A stretch of 33,131 nucleotides of DNA from a virus, in IMG/VR virus record IMGVR_UViG_3300017773_000067. One strand, written 5' to 3'. Shown one piece after another: positions 18,697-25,905 of this stretch. Within the stretch, counting starts at the first letter, position 1. Each line of letters begins with the position of its first letter. A program made the translations under genes and the position numbers. The notes below the pieces were generated by a model. It searched no databases, had not been told where the DNA came from, and worked only from the letters and a program-made list of their open reading frames with translations.

Positions 18697-19743
18697 ATGA
18701 CAGGCATACATCAATTATTAGCATCAAATTTTAGTGGTTCATCAGATGAACTTTCTGCATTTTATTTAGTTGTCGCAGGAGGAGGTGGAGGTGGTGGAAA
18801 CCATTCAGGAGCAGGAGGTGGAGGAGAGTTAAATACCAACTTTATTTCTGGAACTAAATTTGAAATTGTTGCAGGACAGAGTTATAACGTTCATGTTGGT
18901 GCAGGTGGAAATGGTGGTGCAAATAATGTCAATGGAAGCCTTGGCTCAAATTCTTTATTTGGAACTGGTGCAACATCAAGCAATACTTTAATTGTTTCTA
19001 ACCGAGGTGGTGTAGGTGGTGAGGGTGGTGGAGAGGCAGCCCAAACATACCACATAAATATGCAAGGTGGGTCTGGTGGTGGTAGAGGTGGATTTGGCTC
19101 GTCTGGTCAAAACTTAGATAAAGCAGGTACAGCTACAACAATTGCAACAGCTAATTCTTTTGGTGGCAATGAAACTTTTGGAAACAATGGTGGTGGTGGA
19201 TATGCCTCTCAGTCTGGTTATGCTTCTGGAGGAGGAGGTGGAGGTGCAGGATCAAAAGGAGGAGGACATAATATTGCCCAAGGTGGATTTTTTGATTTTG
19301 CAAATAATTCAGCAACCTTATCGTTTGCTTCAGTAACAGATCATAATGGTGCAAGTGCTACAATAAATTGTGGTGATGGTGGGTTTGGTCTTACAGTAAA
19401 TATTGATGGAACTAGTACTGCCTTTGCAGGTGGAGGAGGTGGAGGAACAGGAAACGACTCTGACAGCTTAAGACGAATTGCAAATACTGGTGGTGGTGGA
19501 AATGGAAATTCAGCAGATAATGGAGTAGGACAAGATGCAGTTGTTAATCGAGGTGGAGGAGGTGGTGGGGCAGGAAATGTAACGACAGGTGGTTCTGGAT
19601 CGAGGGGAATTGTCATTATAAGTTTTCCAAAATCTTTTGCTGATCCAACTATCTCTGGTGGTTTATCTGCTGTTAGTACAACTCATGCTAATAATAAAAT
19701 AATAAAGTTCCAAGAAGGCGCAGGAACTGTTACTTGGGATTAA
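18697..19743 (+). CDS. Glycine-rich tail-associated protein
   Basis: Multiple poly-Gly blocks (VVAGGGGGGGNHSGAGGGGE, GGGGGGAGSKGGGH, AGGGGGGTGND, NRGGGGGGAGN), as in glycine-rich-domain proteins found in phage tail modules. Confidence 0.65.
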   Translation: MTGIHQLLASNFSGSSDELSAFYLVVAGGGGGGGNHSGAGGGGELNTNFISGTKFEIVAGQSYNVHVGAGGNGGANNVNGSLGSNSLFGTGATSSNTLIVSNRGGVGGEGGGEAAQTYHINMQGGSGGGRGGFGSSGQNLDKAGTATTIATANSFGGNETFGNNGGGGYASQSGYASGGGGGGAGSKGGGHNIAQGGFFDFANNSATLSFASVTDHNGASATINCGDGGFGLTVNIDGTSTAFAGGGGGGTGNDSDSLRRIANTGGGGNGNSADNGVGQDAVVNRGGGGGGAGNVTTGGSGSRGIVIISFPKSFADPTISGGLSAVSTTHANNKIIKFQEGAGTVTWD

Positions 19744-19746
19744 ATT

Positions 19747-20145
19747 ATGGGTCATTATGCACTATTACAAACTGTTGAAGGTACATTAGTAGTTAGTCAA
19801 GTCATGACTGGAAAAGATGAAACTAATACTGATTGCCAAAAAGATGGATTTAATAACTGGGAAGATTTTTACGGAGATTATTTTAAAGCAACTGTAAAAA
19901 GAACATCATACAACACTAGAGGTGGACAACATAAATATGGTGGTACACCGTTTAGAAAAAACTATGCAGGTCTTGGTTATACCTATGATGTTAGTAAAGA
20001 TGCTTTTATACCTCCAAAACCTTTTGCAAGTTGGACATTAAATGAAACTACTTGCACTTGGCAGCCACCAGTTGCATACCCATCAGATGGTAAATATTAC
20101 GAGTGGGTAGAAGAAAGTAATCAATGGGTAAAGATTATAATATGA
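19747..20145 (+). CDS. Hypothetical protein (132 aa)
   Basis: ORF in the operon. Trp/Tyr-rich with PFRKNYAGLGYTYDVSKDAFIPPKPFASW, a motif I recall from widespread phage hypotheticals. Confidence 0.65.
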   Translation: MGHYALLQTVEGTLVVSQVMTGKDETNTDCQKDGFNNWEDFYGDYFKATVKRTSYNTRGGQHKYGGTPFRKNYAGLGYTYDVSKDAFIPPKPFASWTLNETTCTWQPPVAYPSDGKYYEWVEESNQWVKIII

Positions 20146-20282
20146 AAAAAAATATAAAAAATATACCTTCAATATTCCCCAAGGAATTTCCAAGAGATGA
20201 CATATTAAAAGCAATTGATATTATAGAAATTCTTCAAAATAAATTAAATCGTGCAAAAATTAAATCTAGTAAAAAAATATGA
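20142..20282 (+). CDS. Possible mini-ORF (46 aa, Lys-rich)
   Basis: ATGA overlap with the upstream stop. It is below the ORF-track cutoff and fills an otherwise noncoding gap. Confidence 0.3.
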   Translation: MKKNIKNIPSIFPKEFPRDDILKAIDIIEILQNKLNRAKIKSSKKI

Positions 20283-20422
20283 TGCAAACACGTTTGTTTT
20301 GTCAGACGTGCCAAAATTTCAAACTGTTAAGGTTAGGTTATGCAAGATTTAAAAATAATAATGCTTTTATTTGCGAAGAATGTTTATTAAATAAAATTAA
20401 AAAAGAAAAAAAAATGAATTAA
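20279..20422 (+). CDS. Possible zinc-ribbon mini-protein (47 aa)
   Basis: Hand translation gives MMQTRLFCQTCQNFKLLRLGYARFKNNNAFICEECLLNKIKKEKKMN, with two CxxC pairs 20 residues apart. It has an ATGATG/TGA overlap with the preceding mini-ORF. Confidence 0.4.
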   Translation: MMQTRLFCQTCQNFKLLRLGYARFKNNNAFICEECLLNKIKKEKKMN

Positions 20423-20436
20423 AAGGAAAATAAAAA

Positions 20437-20955
20437 GTGGACCCTGCAACAATTTTATTGACTGCTTCTGCTTCTTGGGCAACAGTCAAGAAAGCGATTG
20501 CATTAGGAAAAGATATTCATTCAACTGTTAAGGCAGTTACAGAATGGGCAAGTAATGTAGATGATTTAAAAGATTCATTAGAAGAACAAGAAAAAAAGAC
20601 AAAAGATAACCCTCCCAAAAGCGATAGTATGAAAGCCTTAGATATTATGTCAACAAGGTTGAAGATTCAGCAATGGGAAGAAGAAATAAAGCACGAATTT
20701 CTGTATGGCAGTTTAAGGGAGTTTGGCAATCTTGGTCATAATAAAACTTCAATGGACGCATACAAACTTTTTTTAAAATTAAGAAAAGAAATTAAAGTTA
20801 AAAAAGTAAAAGATATTCAAATTAAAAGAGCAAAAGCGATTAAATTAAAAAGACAAATAACAACAGCTTCTGCTATTATTTTTTTAGTATTAATTACATC
20901 TGCTTTTATTTATGGAGCAATTCAATTAATTTTATCTTCACCTCAAATGCAATGA
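20437..20955 (+). CDS. Tail-anchored membrane protein (172 aa), GTG start
   Basis: A single C-terminal TM segment (ITTASAIIFLVLITSAFIYGAIQLILS) follows a charged helical region. It lies upstream of the lysis genes. Confidence 0.55.
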   Translation: MDPATILLTASASWATVKKAIALGKDIHSTVKAVTEWASNVDDLKDSLEEQEKKTKDNPPKSDSMKALDIMSTRLKIQQWEEEIKHEFLYGSLREFGNLGHNKTSMDAYKLFLKLRKEIKVKKVKDIQIKRAKAIKLKRQITTASAIIFLVLITSAFIYGAIQLILSSPQMQ

Positions 20956-21269
20956 AAAAAGGATTATATACAGAACTTGAAGAAAAATTGTTAGAATATT
21001 TTAACTCTTGCAAAAACTTAAGAGGAGTAACAACAGCTTTTTTATCAAGAAAATATAACGTAAGTACAAATTTATGCCGCAGAGTTTTGCACGTAATGGT
21101 AAAAAAAGATTTAGTGCATTTAATTCAGTATAAAAATAAATTTTACTATTGCTTAAAAAACTGGGGAACTGTTGATGAATGTTTATTAAATATTAAAAAA
21201 GAAAATATAGTTGTAGAACCATTTAGCAATCCTGCATTTGATCCGTCTATAATTAAATCAAAACAATAA
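20952..21269 (+). CDS. Hypothetical protein, possible winged-helix fold (105 aa)
   Basis: ATGA overlap with the upstream gene. The segment VTTAFLSRKYNVSTNLCRRVLHVMVKKDLV looks HTH-like, but this is weak. Confidence 0.5.
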   Translation: MKKGLYTELEEKLLEYFNSCKNLRGVTTAFLSRKYNVSTNLCRRVLHVMVKKDLVHLIQYKNKFYYCLKNWGTVDECLLNIKKENIVVEPFSNPAFDPSIIKSKQ

Positions 21270-21278
21270 GGAATATTT

Positions 21279-21734
21279 ATGTTGCAATTATTAACTGGTT
21301 TATTGCCAGTTGCAGAAAAAGTCATAGACAGGGTTATTCCTGATCCTAAAGCTAAAGCACAGGCTATTGCTGAATTAAAAAAATTAGATCAACAAGGTGA
21401 AATTAAAAAACTAGAAGCAGAATTTGCTAATGTAAGTTCAGCGAGAGAAAGAGAAATCAAGGTGGCAACTAGTGAGTTCGCACCTTTCATTAATAAAATC
21501 ATTACCCCTTGCCTAGCAATTTTAATCACATTATTAACTTTTGGTATGATGAGTACAATTTTGTTTTCAGACATAGAACAAGGAAAGTCTTATGAGATTG
21601 CCCTCTATATCCTTGGATTGCTCTCAGGAGCATTAATGAGTTGCATCAATTATTATTTTGGGAGTTCAACTGGGTCAAAAGCAAAATCTCAAGAGTTACA
21701 AGATATTATGGAAAAGAAAGAACCAAGAATATGA
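21279..21734 (+). CDS. Holin (3-TM, GTA_holin_3TM/DUF3154-like)
   Basis: The N-terminus LLPVAEKVIDRVIPDPKAKAQAIAELKKLDQQGE is followed by hydrophobic segments and a C-terminal YYFGSSTGSKAK, matching my recollection of this holin family. It lies directly upstream of the endolysin with an ATGA overlap. Confidence 0.65.
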   Translation: MLQLLTGLLPVAEKVIDRVIPDPKAKAQAIAELKKLDQQGEIKKLEAEFANVSSAREREIKVATSEFAPFINKIITPCLAILITLLTFGMMSTILFSDIEQGKSYEIALYILGLLSGALMSCINYYFGSSTGSKAKSQELQDIMEKKEPRI

Positions 21735-22120
21735 ACCAAGTTGATTGGAAAAACTCTGCTTTTTTTGAACAAAGCGAATTTTTATGCAGCCATACAAACC
21801 AAGAAAAAATGGATCAAGGTTTTATAAACACACTAAATGAGTTGCGTGAAAAATTTGATAAACCAATATATATAACAAGTGGATACAGAGATGTTACACA
21901 CCCAATAGAAATTGTTAAAGGAAAAGGTGGTGCGCATACTTCTGGTAAAGCAGTTGATATTAGCGTTTCAAGAAAAGATGCTTATACTCTGTTAAAAATT
22001 GCATTTGAACTTCAGTTTACAGGTATTGGTATAAACCAAAAAGGGAACTCTCGATTTATCCATTTAGATACAATTGAAAGTTCCCCTGATAGACCTAGAC
22101 CTACAATATGGAGTTATTAA
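21731..22120 (+). CDS. Endolysin, peptidase M15 (Zn D-Ala-D-Ala carboxypeptidase-like)
   Basis: SGYR, HTSGKAVD and FIHLD motifs are present. I place the start at ATG 21731 (ATGA overlap with the holin stop) rather than the ORF-track 21641, which would overlap the holin by 94 nt. Confidence 0.8.
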   Translation: MNQVDWKNSAFFEQSEFLCSHTNQEKMDQGFINTLNELREKFDKPIYITSGYRDVTHPIEIVKGKGGAHTSGKAVDISVSRKDAYTLLKIAFELQFTGIGINQKGNSRFIHLDTIESSPDRPRPTIWSY

Positions 22121-22126
22121 TTTCTA

Positions 22127-22585
22127 TCAAAATTTAAAGTAAAGTCTATCTCTGCTACGCACCTTTGGAAAAATTGTTTTTAATTCTCGGCAGTAGACTT
22201 CATATGAGATTCCAAATAAATAACACAAATCGGTAATGAAATAATTAAAAATATGTGGGTCGTTTAAAGAAGCAAATAACCATCTAATTGCTTGTTTTCT
22301 AGTTTTAGCACCAGATGACAAACAAAGAGCAATAGCCTCTTCAAATTCTTCATTAGCTTCATATTCTCTAATCTCGTCCTGACGAATACTTTCTTTAATT
22401 TGAGTTTTAAGATTAGTAGCCATATCTTGAATTTCAACATTAGTCATAGAGTTAAAATCTAACCAACTAGGACGAACCCCATGAACACTCTTATAATTGT
22501 CCCAAATATAATTAATGTTCCATTCACGATCTAATGTTTGGGTTTCAGCAAACTCTTTTAGATTTTGTAAAAATTTTGTGTGCAT
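22127..22585 (-). CDS. Hypothetical early protein (152 aa)
   Basis: Last gene of the leftward block, preceded by a promoter-like element. No motif recognised. Confidence 0.65.
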   Translation of the reverse strand: MHTKFLQNLKEFAETQTLDREWNINYIWDNYKSVHGVRPSWLDFNSMTNVEIQDMATNLKTQIKESIRQDEIREYEANEEFEEAIALCLSSGAKTRKQAIRWLFASLNDPHIFNYFITDLCYLFGISYEVYCRELKTIFPKVRSRDRLYFKF

Positions 22586-22632
22586 TTTTTTTCCTTGTTT
22601 TAAGTTTTTTAAGTTTATTTCCCACTATAACC

Positions 22633-22661
22633 ATTATACTAAACTATTATATAAAAGTAAA
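22633..22661 (-). promoter_or_regulatory. Sigma70-like promoter (TTTACT-17 nt-TATAAT) for 22127..22585
   Basis: On the minus strand the -35 is TTTACT (22656-22661), the spacer is 17 nt, and the -10 is TATAAT (22633-22638). It is part of the shared CTTTACTTTTA motif. Confidence 0.55.
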
Positions 22662-22685
22662 GACAGTTATAATTAAATAACTGCC
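22662..22685 (-). terminator. Weak hairpin downstream of the DUF932-like gene (possible attenuating terminator)
   Basis: The stem cagttat/ataactg (22664-22670 / 22677-22683) has a 6-nt loop and extends to 9 bp with one mismatch. A T-rich tract follows on the minus strand. The AT-rich stem makes it weak. Confidence 0.3.
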
Positions 22686-22711
22686 TTTATTAAATTAAAT
22701 AACAAATAAAC

Positions 22712-23587
22712 TTAAACAGTCGTTGCTTCTTTCCAAGCATTAGAATTTAACACCTTAACTACTTCGCTTCTGGCTCTTTCAATTCTAGCAACAGGATTAG
22801 CGTGTTTTCTTGTTGTATCAACGTGAGTAGCATAGTCTGTCAAAACATTGTATGCTCTATAAACTGTTGGACCATCATGCTCATACTTATTATACAAAGC
22901 ATCAATTTTCTCAAGTTTTCTACCTTTATTGTCATCTACAGATTTAGCACTTAATAAATTGCCTTTAAAAATTTGAAATGCTTCGTCTTTAAACATAGGT
23001 ATTTTTTTGTATTGAGCCATGTTAATCGCATGAGTTTCAGCAAACTCTAAGTGCGTATAAATGTGATCTGCTAAAGTTGTTGAATCAGCATTGATGGTGT
23101 GTCTTTGACTTCTAAAAATTGTTTCTGCTTGATTAGGAGCAACGCAACCATTTAAACACCACATTCTAACAATTTCGGTTTGAATTGATCTAGTCATTGA
23201 AGCATCGTGACTATCTAACAAAGTAATCTTTGTAAATGCTCTTTCATTTAAAATTTTGTTAAAATTGTGGTTCGGCAAAATAATTGAAACTTGCATAACT
23301 GCATTATTATTACCGCCTGTAAAACTCACTTTAGCACCAGTAGTATCTAATTCTGACTCTTGCAAAGAGTTACAAACTTTGTCATAAAACACTTTAAAGT
23401 TTTCGGTATGATGCGATAGACCAACAACCCCAATAGGAGTTTCATCTGGTTTAACTAACATAATTTTATTTTCAAAAGGAACAAACTCTGTTGTTGTTGC
23501 AAAATGTATATCCCTAACCTCTGGTTCATAATCAAACCTAGATTCTATTTGAGGTAAATTACTGTTTTCTTGAAGAACTGCACTCAT
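22712..23587 (-). CDS. DUF932-like (phage/plasmid TIGR03299-like) protein
   Basis: LLDSHDASMTRS, VRMWCLNGCV and RSQRHTIN match my recollection of the conserved DUF932 blocks (nSHDGS, RvvCxN, rHTxn). It is 291 aa. Confidence 0.65.
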   Translation of the reverse strand: MSAVLQENSNLPQIESRFDYEPEVRDIHFATTTEFVPFENKIMLVKPDETPIGVVGLSHHTENFKVFYDKVCNSLQESELDTTGAKVSFTGGNNNAVMQVSIILPNHNFNKILNERAFTKITLLDSHDASMTRSIQTEIVRMWCLNGCVAPNQAETIFRSQRHTINADSTTLADHIYTHLEFAETHAINMAQYKKIPMFKDEAFQIFKGNLLSAKSVDDNKGRKLEKIDALYNKYEHDGPTVYRAYNVLTDYATHVDTTRKHANPVARIERARSEVVKVLNSNAWKEATTV

Positions 23588-23619
23588 ATTATTTTCCTTG
23601 TTTTATTGAATGAACTTAT

Positions 23620-23649
23620 ATTATATAACAAAGAAATTATAAAAGTAAA
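23620..23649 (-). promoter_or_regulatory. Sigma70-like promoter (TTTACT-18 nt-TATAAT) for 22712..23587
   Basis: On the minus strand the -35 is at 23644-23649 and the -10 at 23620-23625. It has the same CTTTACTTTTA core as the promoter at 22652-22662. Confidence 0.5.
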
Positions 23650-23675
23650 GTAAAATAATTAAATAATTAAAATAC

Positions 23676-23704
23676 TTTACAATTGTAATAATAATACTTA
23701 TAAT
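23676..23704 (+). promoter_or_regulatory. Near-consensus sigma70-like promoter on the plus strand with no downstream ORF
   Basis: TTTACA (23676-23681), a 17-nt spacer, and TATAAT (23699-23704). It points into a 120-bp ORF-free stretch that ends at the 23793-23821 hairpin. Confidence 0.5.
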
Positions 23705-23710
23705 AAGTTA

Positions 23711-23826
23711 TAGTCAAAAAGCGTGCTTAAAAAACTTAAACAAGAAAAATACATCTTGGGAATATTTTGGAACCACAAACATAAAAAAAGTCAAGGTAAA
23801 TAAATCAGCATTATTTACCTTTTTTA
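23711..23826 (+). ncRNA. Candidate ~115-nt phage sRNA (predicted from promoter plus terminator only)
   Basis: Bounded by the plus-strand promoter above and an 11-bp hairpin followed by a T-run. The stretch contains no ATG. Confidence 0.3.
23793..23821. terminator. Bidirectional rho-independent terminator
   Basis: A perfect 11-bp stem aaggtaaataa/ttatttacctt has a 7-nt loop (atcagca). It is followed by TTTT on the plus strand and by gacTTTTTTT on the minus strand. It sits immediately downstream of the stop of 23824..24075 (-). Confidence 0.7.
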
Positions 23827-24075
23827 ATTCCGATCTTCCTTTTCAAACAAATGAATCATTGTCGGTGGTGTTATAGCTACATTTCTACCATTCATTTCTT
23901 CCAGAGTTGTAGTTGCAACATTACTTTGAACAAATCCTAATAACACTTTGCTATCTAAAAGAATTGTCAAACCCTTTTCATTTTGCAAAACTGCACCTGC
24001 GTCAACCCATTTCGTTTTGACTTCACCTGTTTTGGTTTTATACTGTACCCCAATTTTAGCTGTTAAACCTGCCAT
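23824..24075 (-). CDS. Hypothetical early protein (83 aa)
   Basis: ORF coupled to the upstream gene by a 1-nt overlap and followed by the terminator. No motif recognised. Confidence 0.65.
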   Translation of the reverse strand: MAGLTAKIGVQYKTKTGEVKTKWVDAGAVLQNEKGLTILLDSKVLLGFVQSNVATTTLEEMNGRNVAITPPTMIHLFEKEDRN

Positions 24076-24317
24076 TATTTATCCTTTCTGTTATATTCAT
24101 TAATCCATGCTTCCTCACGAAGTTTACATCTTGCCGCAACAATACTATCTGATAGTTCAATTTCTAAAATACCTTTATAATAAGATTCAGCTTGAGCATA
24201 ACCAGATTTGTATGCTATGTCCCAAATTTTATGCAAACGATCCTCTAACGTTATATAAAAAAACCAAACAATAAAACAACCACTTATTACAAGCAAAAAT
24301 TTGCATAAAAAAGTCAT
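24075..24317 (-). CDS. Small membrane protein (80 aa)
   Basis: N-terminal TM segment (FLCKFLLVISGCFIVWFFYI). Overlaps both neighbours by 1-4 nt. Confidence 0.6.
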   Translation of the reverse strand: MTFLCKFLLVISGCFIVWFFYITLEDRLHKIWDIAYKSGYAQAESYYKGILEIELSDSIVAARCKLREEAWINEYNRKDK

Positions 24318-24943
24318 TTGTAATTTTTTAAATTAAATTTAAGTTCTTCAATTTTTTCGTTCACTTCTATAATTTTATTCAATAATTTTAACAACTCAGG
24401 TTTTTTAAAAGTAAATCGTTTAACAAATAAAATTAAACTTTCTTTTGGCGATTCGGGGTTGAATGAAACAAAATCACAGTAATCTGCGCTTGTTACTAAA
24501 CATTGCATTTGCATTTGCAGTATATAATTATTATCAACTTTTTTATTACCCACAAAAAATTGTAAATGATTATGTAACAACGGACATTTAATTTCTACCA
24601 AACCACCATTTTTTGTGATCCCATCAGGCGAACAACCAATAAAAGGATATTCTTTGCTAGTGCAAAAATTTACTTCAGTAACATCTATATTTGTTTTTCT
24701 TGAATAATAAACTCTAGCAACATCTTCAAGTTCAGTACCTCTTTTCATAGCAGTTGTTGGTTCAAATTCAGATTTAGTAGGCAAACCACTTATGCGTTCA
24801 GATGCTTTGTCATAAAGCATTTTTTGAAATTTTATAGTAGATTCGCCAGAAAAAATTGTACTAATATCACTTCCAGTAAATTTACCTGCTCGATCCTTTA
24901 ACCACTCCTCCGTACCTTGTTTATGTTCTGAAATATCAAACAT
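24314..24943 (-). CDS. YqaJ-type (lambda Exo-like) recombination exonuclease
   Basis: The YqaJ N-terminal motif is present (QGTEEWLKDRAGKFTGSDIS). PD-(D/E)xK elements are present (SPDGI...LVEIKCP). It is adjacent to the annealase candidate. Confidence 0.8.
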   Translation of the reverse strand: MFDISEHKQGTEEWLKDRAGKFTGSDISTIFSGESTIKFQKMLYDKASERISGLPTKSEFEPTTAMKRGTELEDVARVYYSRKTNIDVTEVNFCTSKEYPFIGCSPDGITKNGGLVEIKCPLLHNHLQFFVGNKKVDNNYILQMQMQCLVTSADYCDFVSFNPESPKESLILFVKRFTFKKPELLKLLNKIIEVNEKIEELKFNLKNYK

Positions 24944-25452
24944 TACTTACTACCTTTAATATTAAGTGGAACTTTTATTGCAGGTTTTTTGGCAAGATGC
25001 TTTAAGTACTCTGGGGGCAAATCATTATCCTTTGTAACTTCTTTTTTTTCAGATATTTTTTTTGCTTTATTAAGTTGATTTTCAATTTCATTTGTATTGA
25101 CTTTTTCCTGTTGAGCAATTGCATTTTCAACTTCATTTGCACTTGCAAATTCAGTTCCACCAAAACCTAAAGAAGCTAATGCTCTACCAATCGCACTTGT
25201 TTCACAGTTTTCTAATGCCGAGGTTTTGTTAATCATTGAGCTTGCCCTTTTTTCTTCAGCATGACCTGTAGCAATTACTCTGCCATTTTCATTCGATATT
25301 GATGCTTTCATTACTACCTTTTGATCGTCTAATTCAACAACTTCTGTTTCCAAAGAATAGTTTTGATATTTTTCGTTTGAACGAAAATTACTAACACGTT
25401 TTGCTACAGTTAAATATTCTTTGCCATGAATTTTTACTATTCCATCAACCAT
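24943..25452 (-). CDS. Putative single-strand annealing protein (Rad52/Sak-like)
   Basis: First gene of the leftward operon, directly upstream of the exonuclease. TSALENCETSAIGRALASLGFGG resembles the Rad52-family helix (AxxxAxTDAxKRAxxxxGxG). Confidence 0.5.
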   Translation of the reverse strand: MVDGIVKIHGKEYLTVAKRVSNFRSNEKYQNYSLETEVVELDDQKVVMKASISNENGRVIATGHAEEKRASSMINKTSALENCETSAIGRALASLGFGGTEFASANEVENAIAQQEKVNTNEIENQLNKAKKISEKKEVTKDNDLPPEYLKHLAKKPAIKVPLNIKGSK

Positions 25453-25566
25453 AATTTTTTCCCTTTACTTTTAGAATGTTTAGTTTATTATAAATTAATA
25501 ATATAAATAAGTATATATTTATTATTAATTAGTTTATAATTAAATAAATTAATCTAAGGAGTTAGT
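25453..25566. promoter_or_regulatory. Divergent early control region (promoters plus candidate operator palindrome)
   Basis: 114-bp gap between divergent operons. The plus strand has CTTTACTTTTA (25463-25473), with TTTACT -35 and TTATAA/TATAAA 18-19 nt downstream, plus a TATAAT at 25535-25540. A 10-bp perfect inverted repeat aattaataat/attattaatt (25493-25502 / 25521-25530) extends imperfectly inward. The SD is AAGGAG (25556-25561). Confidence 0.5.
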
Positions 25567-25905
25567 ATGCCACAGGAGTTAATAATAAATTTAAAGAACG
25601 ATAGGAGTGAAGTAAACAACAGCAGACGTGAGGTCAGCCGAAGAACTTGGCATCAGTTTGGAATGAACAATGTGATGTTAGCAGAAACTTTAGGTGTTAG
25701 TCCAATTACAGTCGGTACTTGGTATAACACGAAAAATGGTGTTAAAAAATTAGTTATTCCAATTAAATATTGCCCACTTCTACAAATGAAAACAGGTATT
25801 AGATGCGAAGAAGCCAATCCAGATGCTTTTTCTGAAAGGTGGACAAATACTGTGAGTGTAGAATCTTTACCTGCAATTGCAGAAGTTTTTGAAAAATTAA
25901 AATAA
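25567..25905 (+). CDS. HTH transcriptional regulator (Cro/YdaS-like)
   Basis: The segment NVMLAETLGVSPITVGTWYN is a typical helix-turn-helix. It is the first gene of the rightward early operon, next to the palindrome. Confidence 0.6.
   Translation: MPQELIINLKNDRSEVNNSRREVSRRTWHQFGMNNVMLAETLGVSPITVGTWYNTKNGVKKLVIPIKYCPLLQMKTGIRCEEANPDAFSERWTNTVSVESLPAIAEVFEKLK

Noticed and set aside
19341-19616. Minus-strand 91-aa proline-rich ORF, together with 19142..19336 (+) and 19151..19354 (-)
   Set aside because: These are mirror or off-frame images of the GGN repeats in the glycine-rich gene. They have no independent start context.
16279-19743. Diversity-generating retroelement targeting the tail-fibre module (considered because some podoviruses with related capsids carry DGRs)
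   Set aside because: No reverse-transcriptase-like ORF is present, and I saw no template/variable repeat pair flanking the fibre genes.
21641-21730. Upstream extension of the endolysin ORF (track start 21641)
   Set aside because: The extension overlaps the holin by 94 nt and adds a non-homologous 30-aa leader. The ATG at 21731 gives the ATGA coupling seen throughout the genome.
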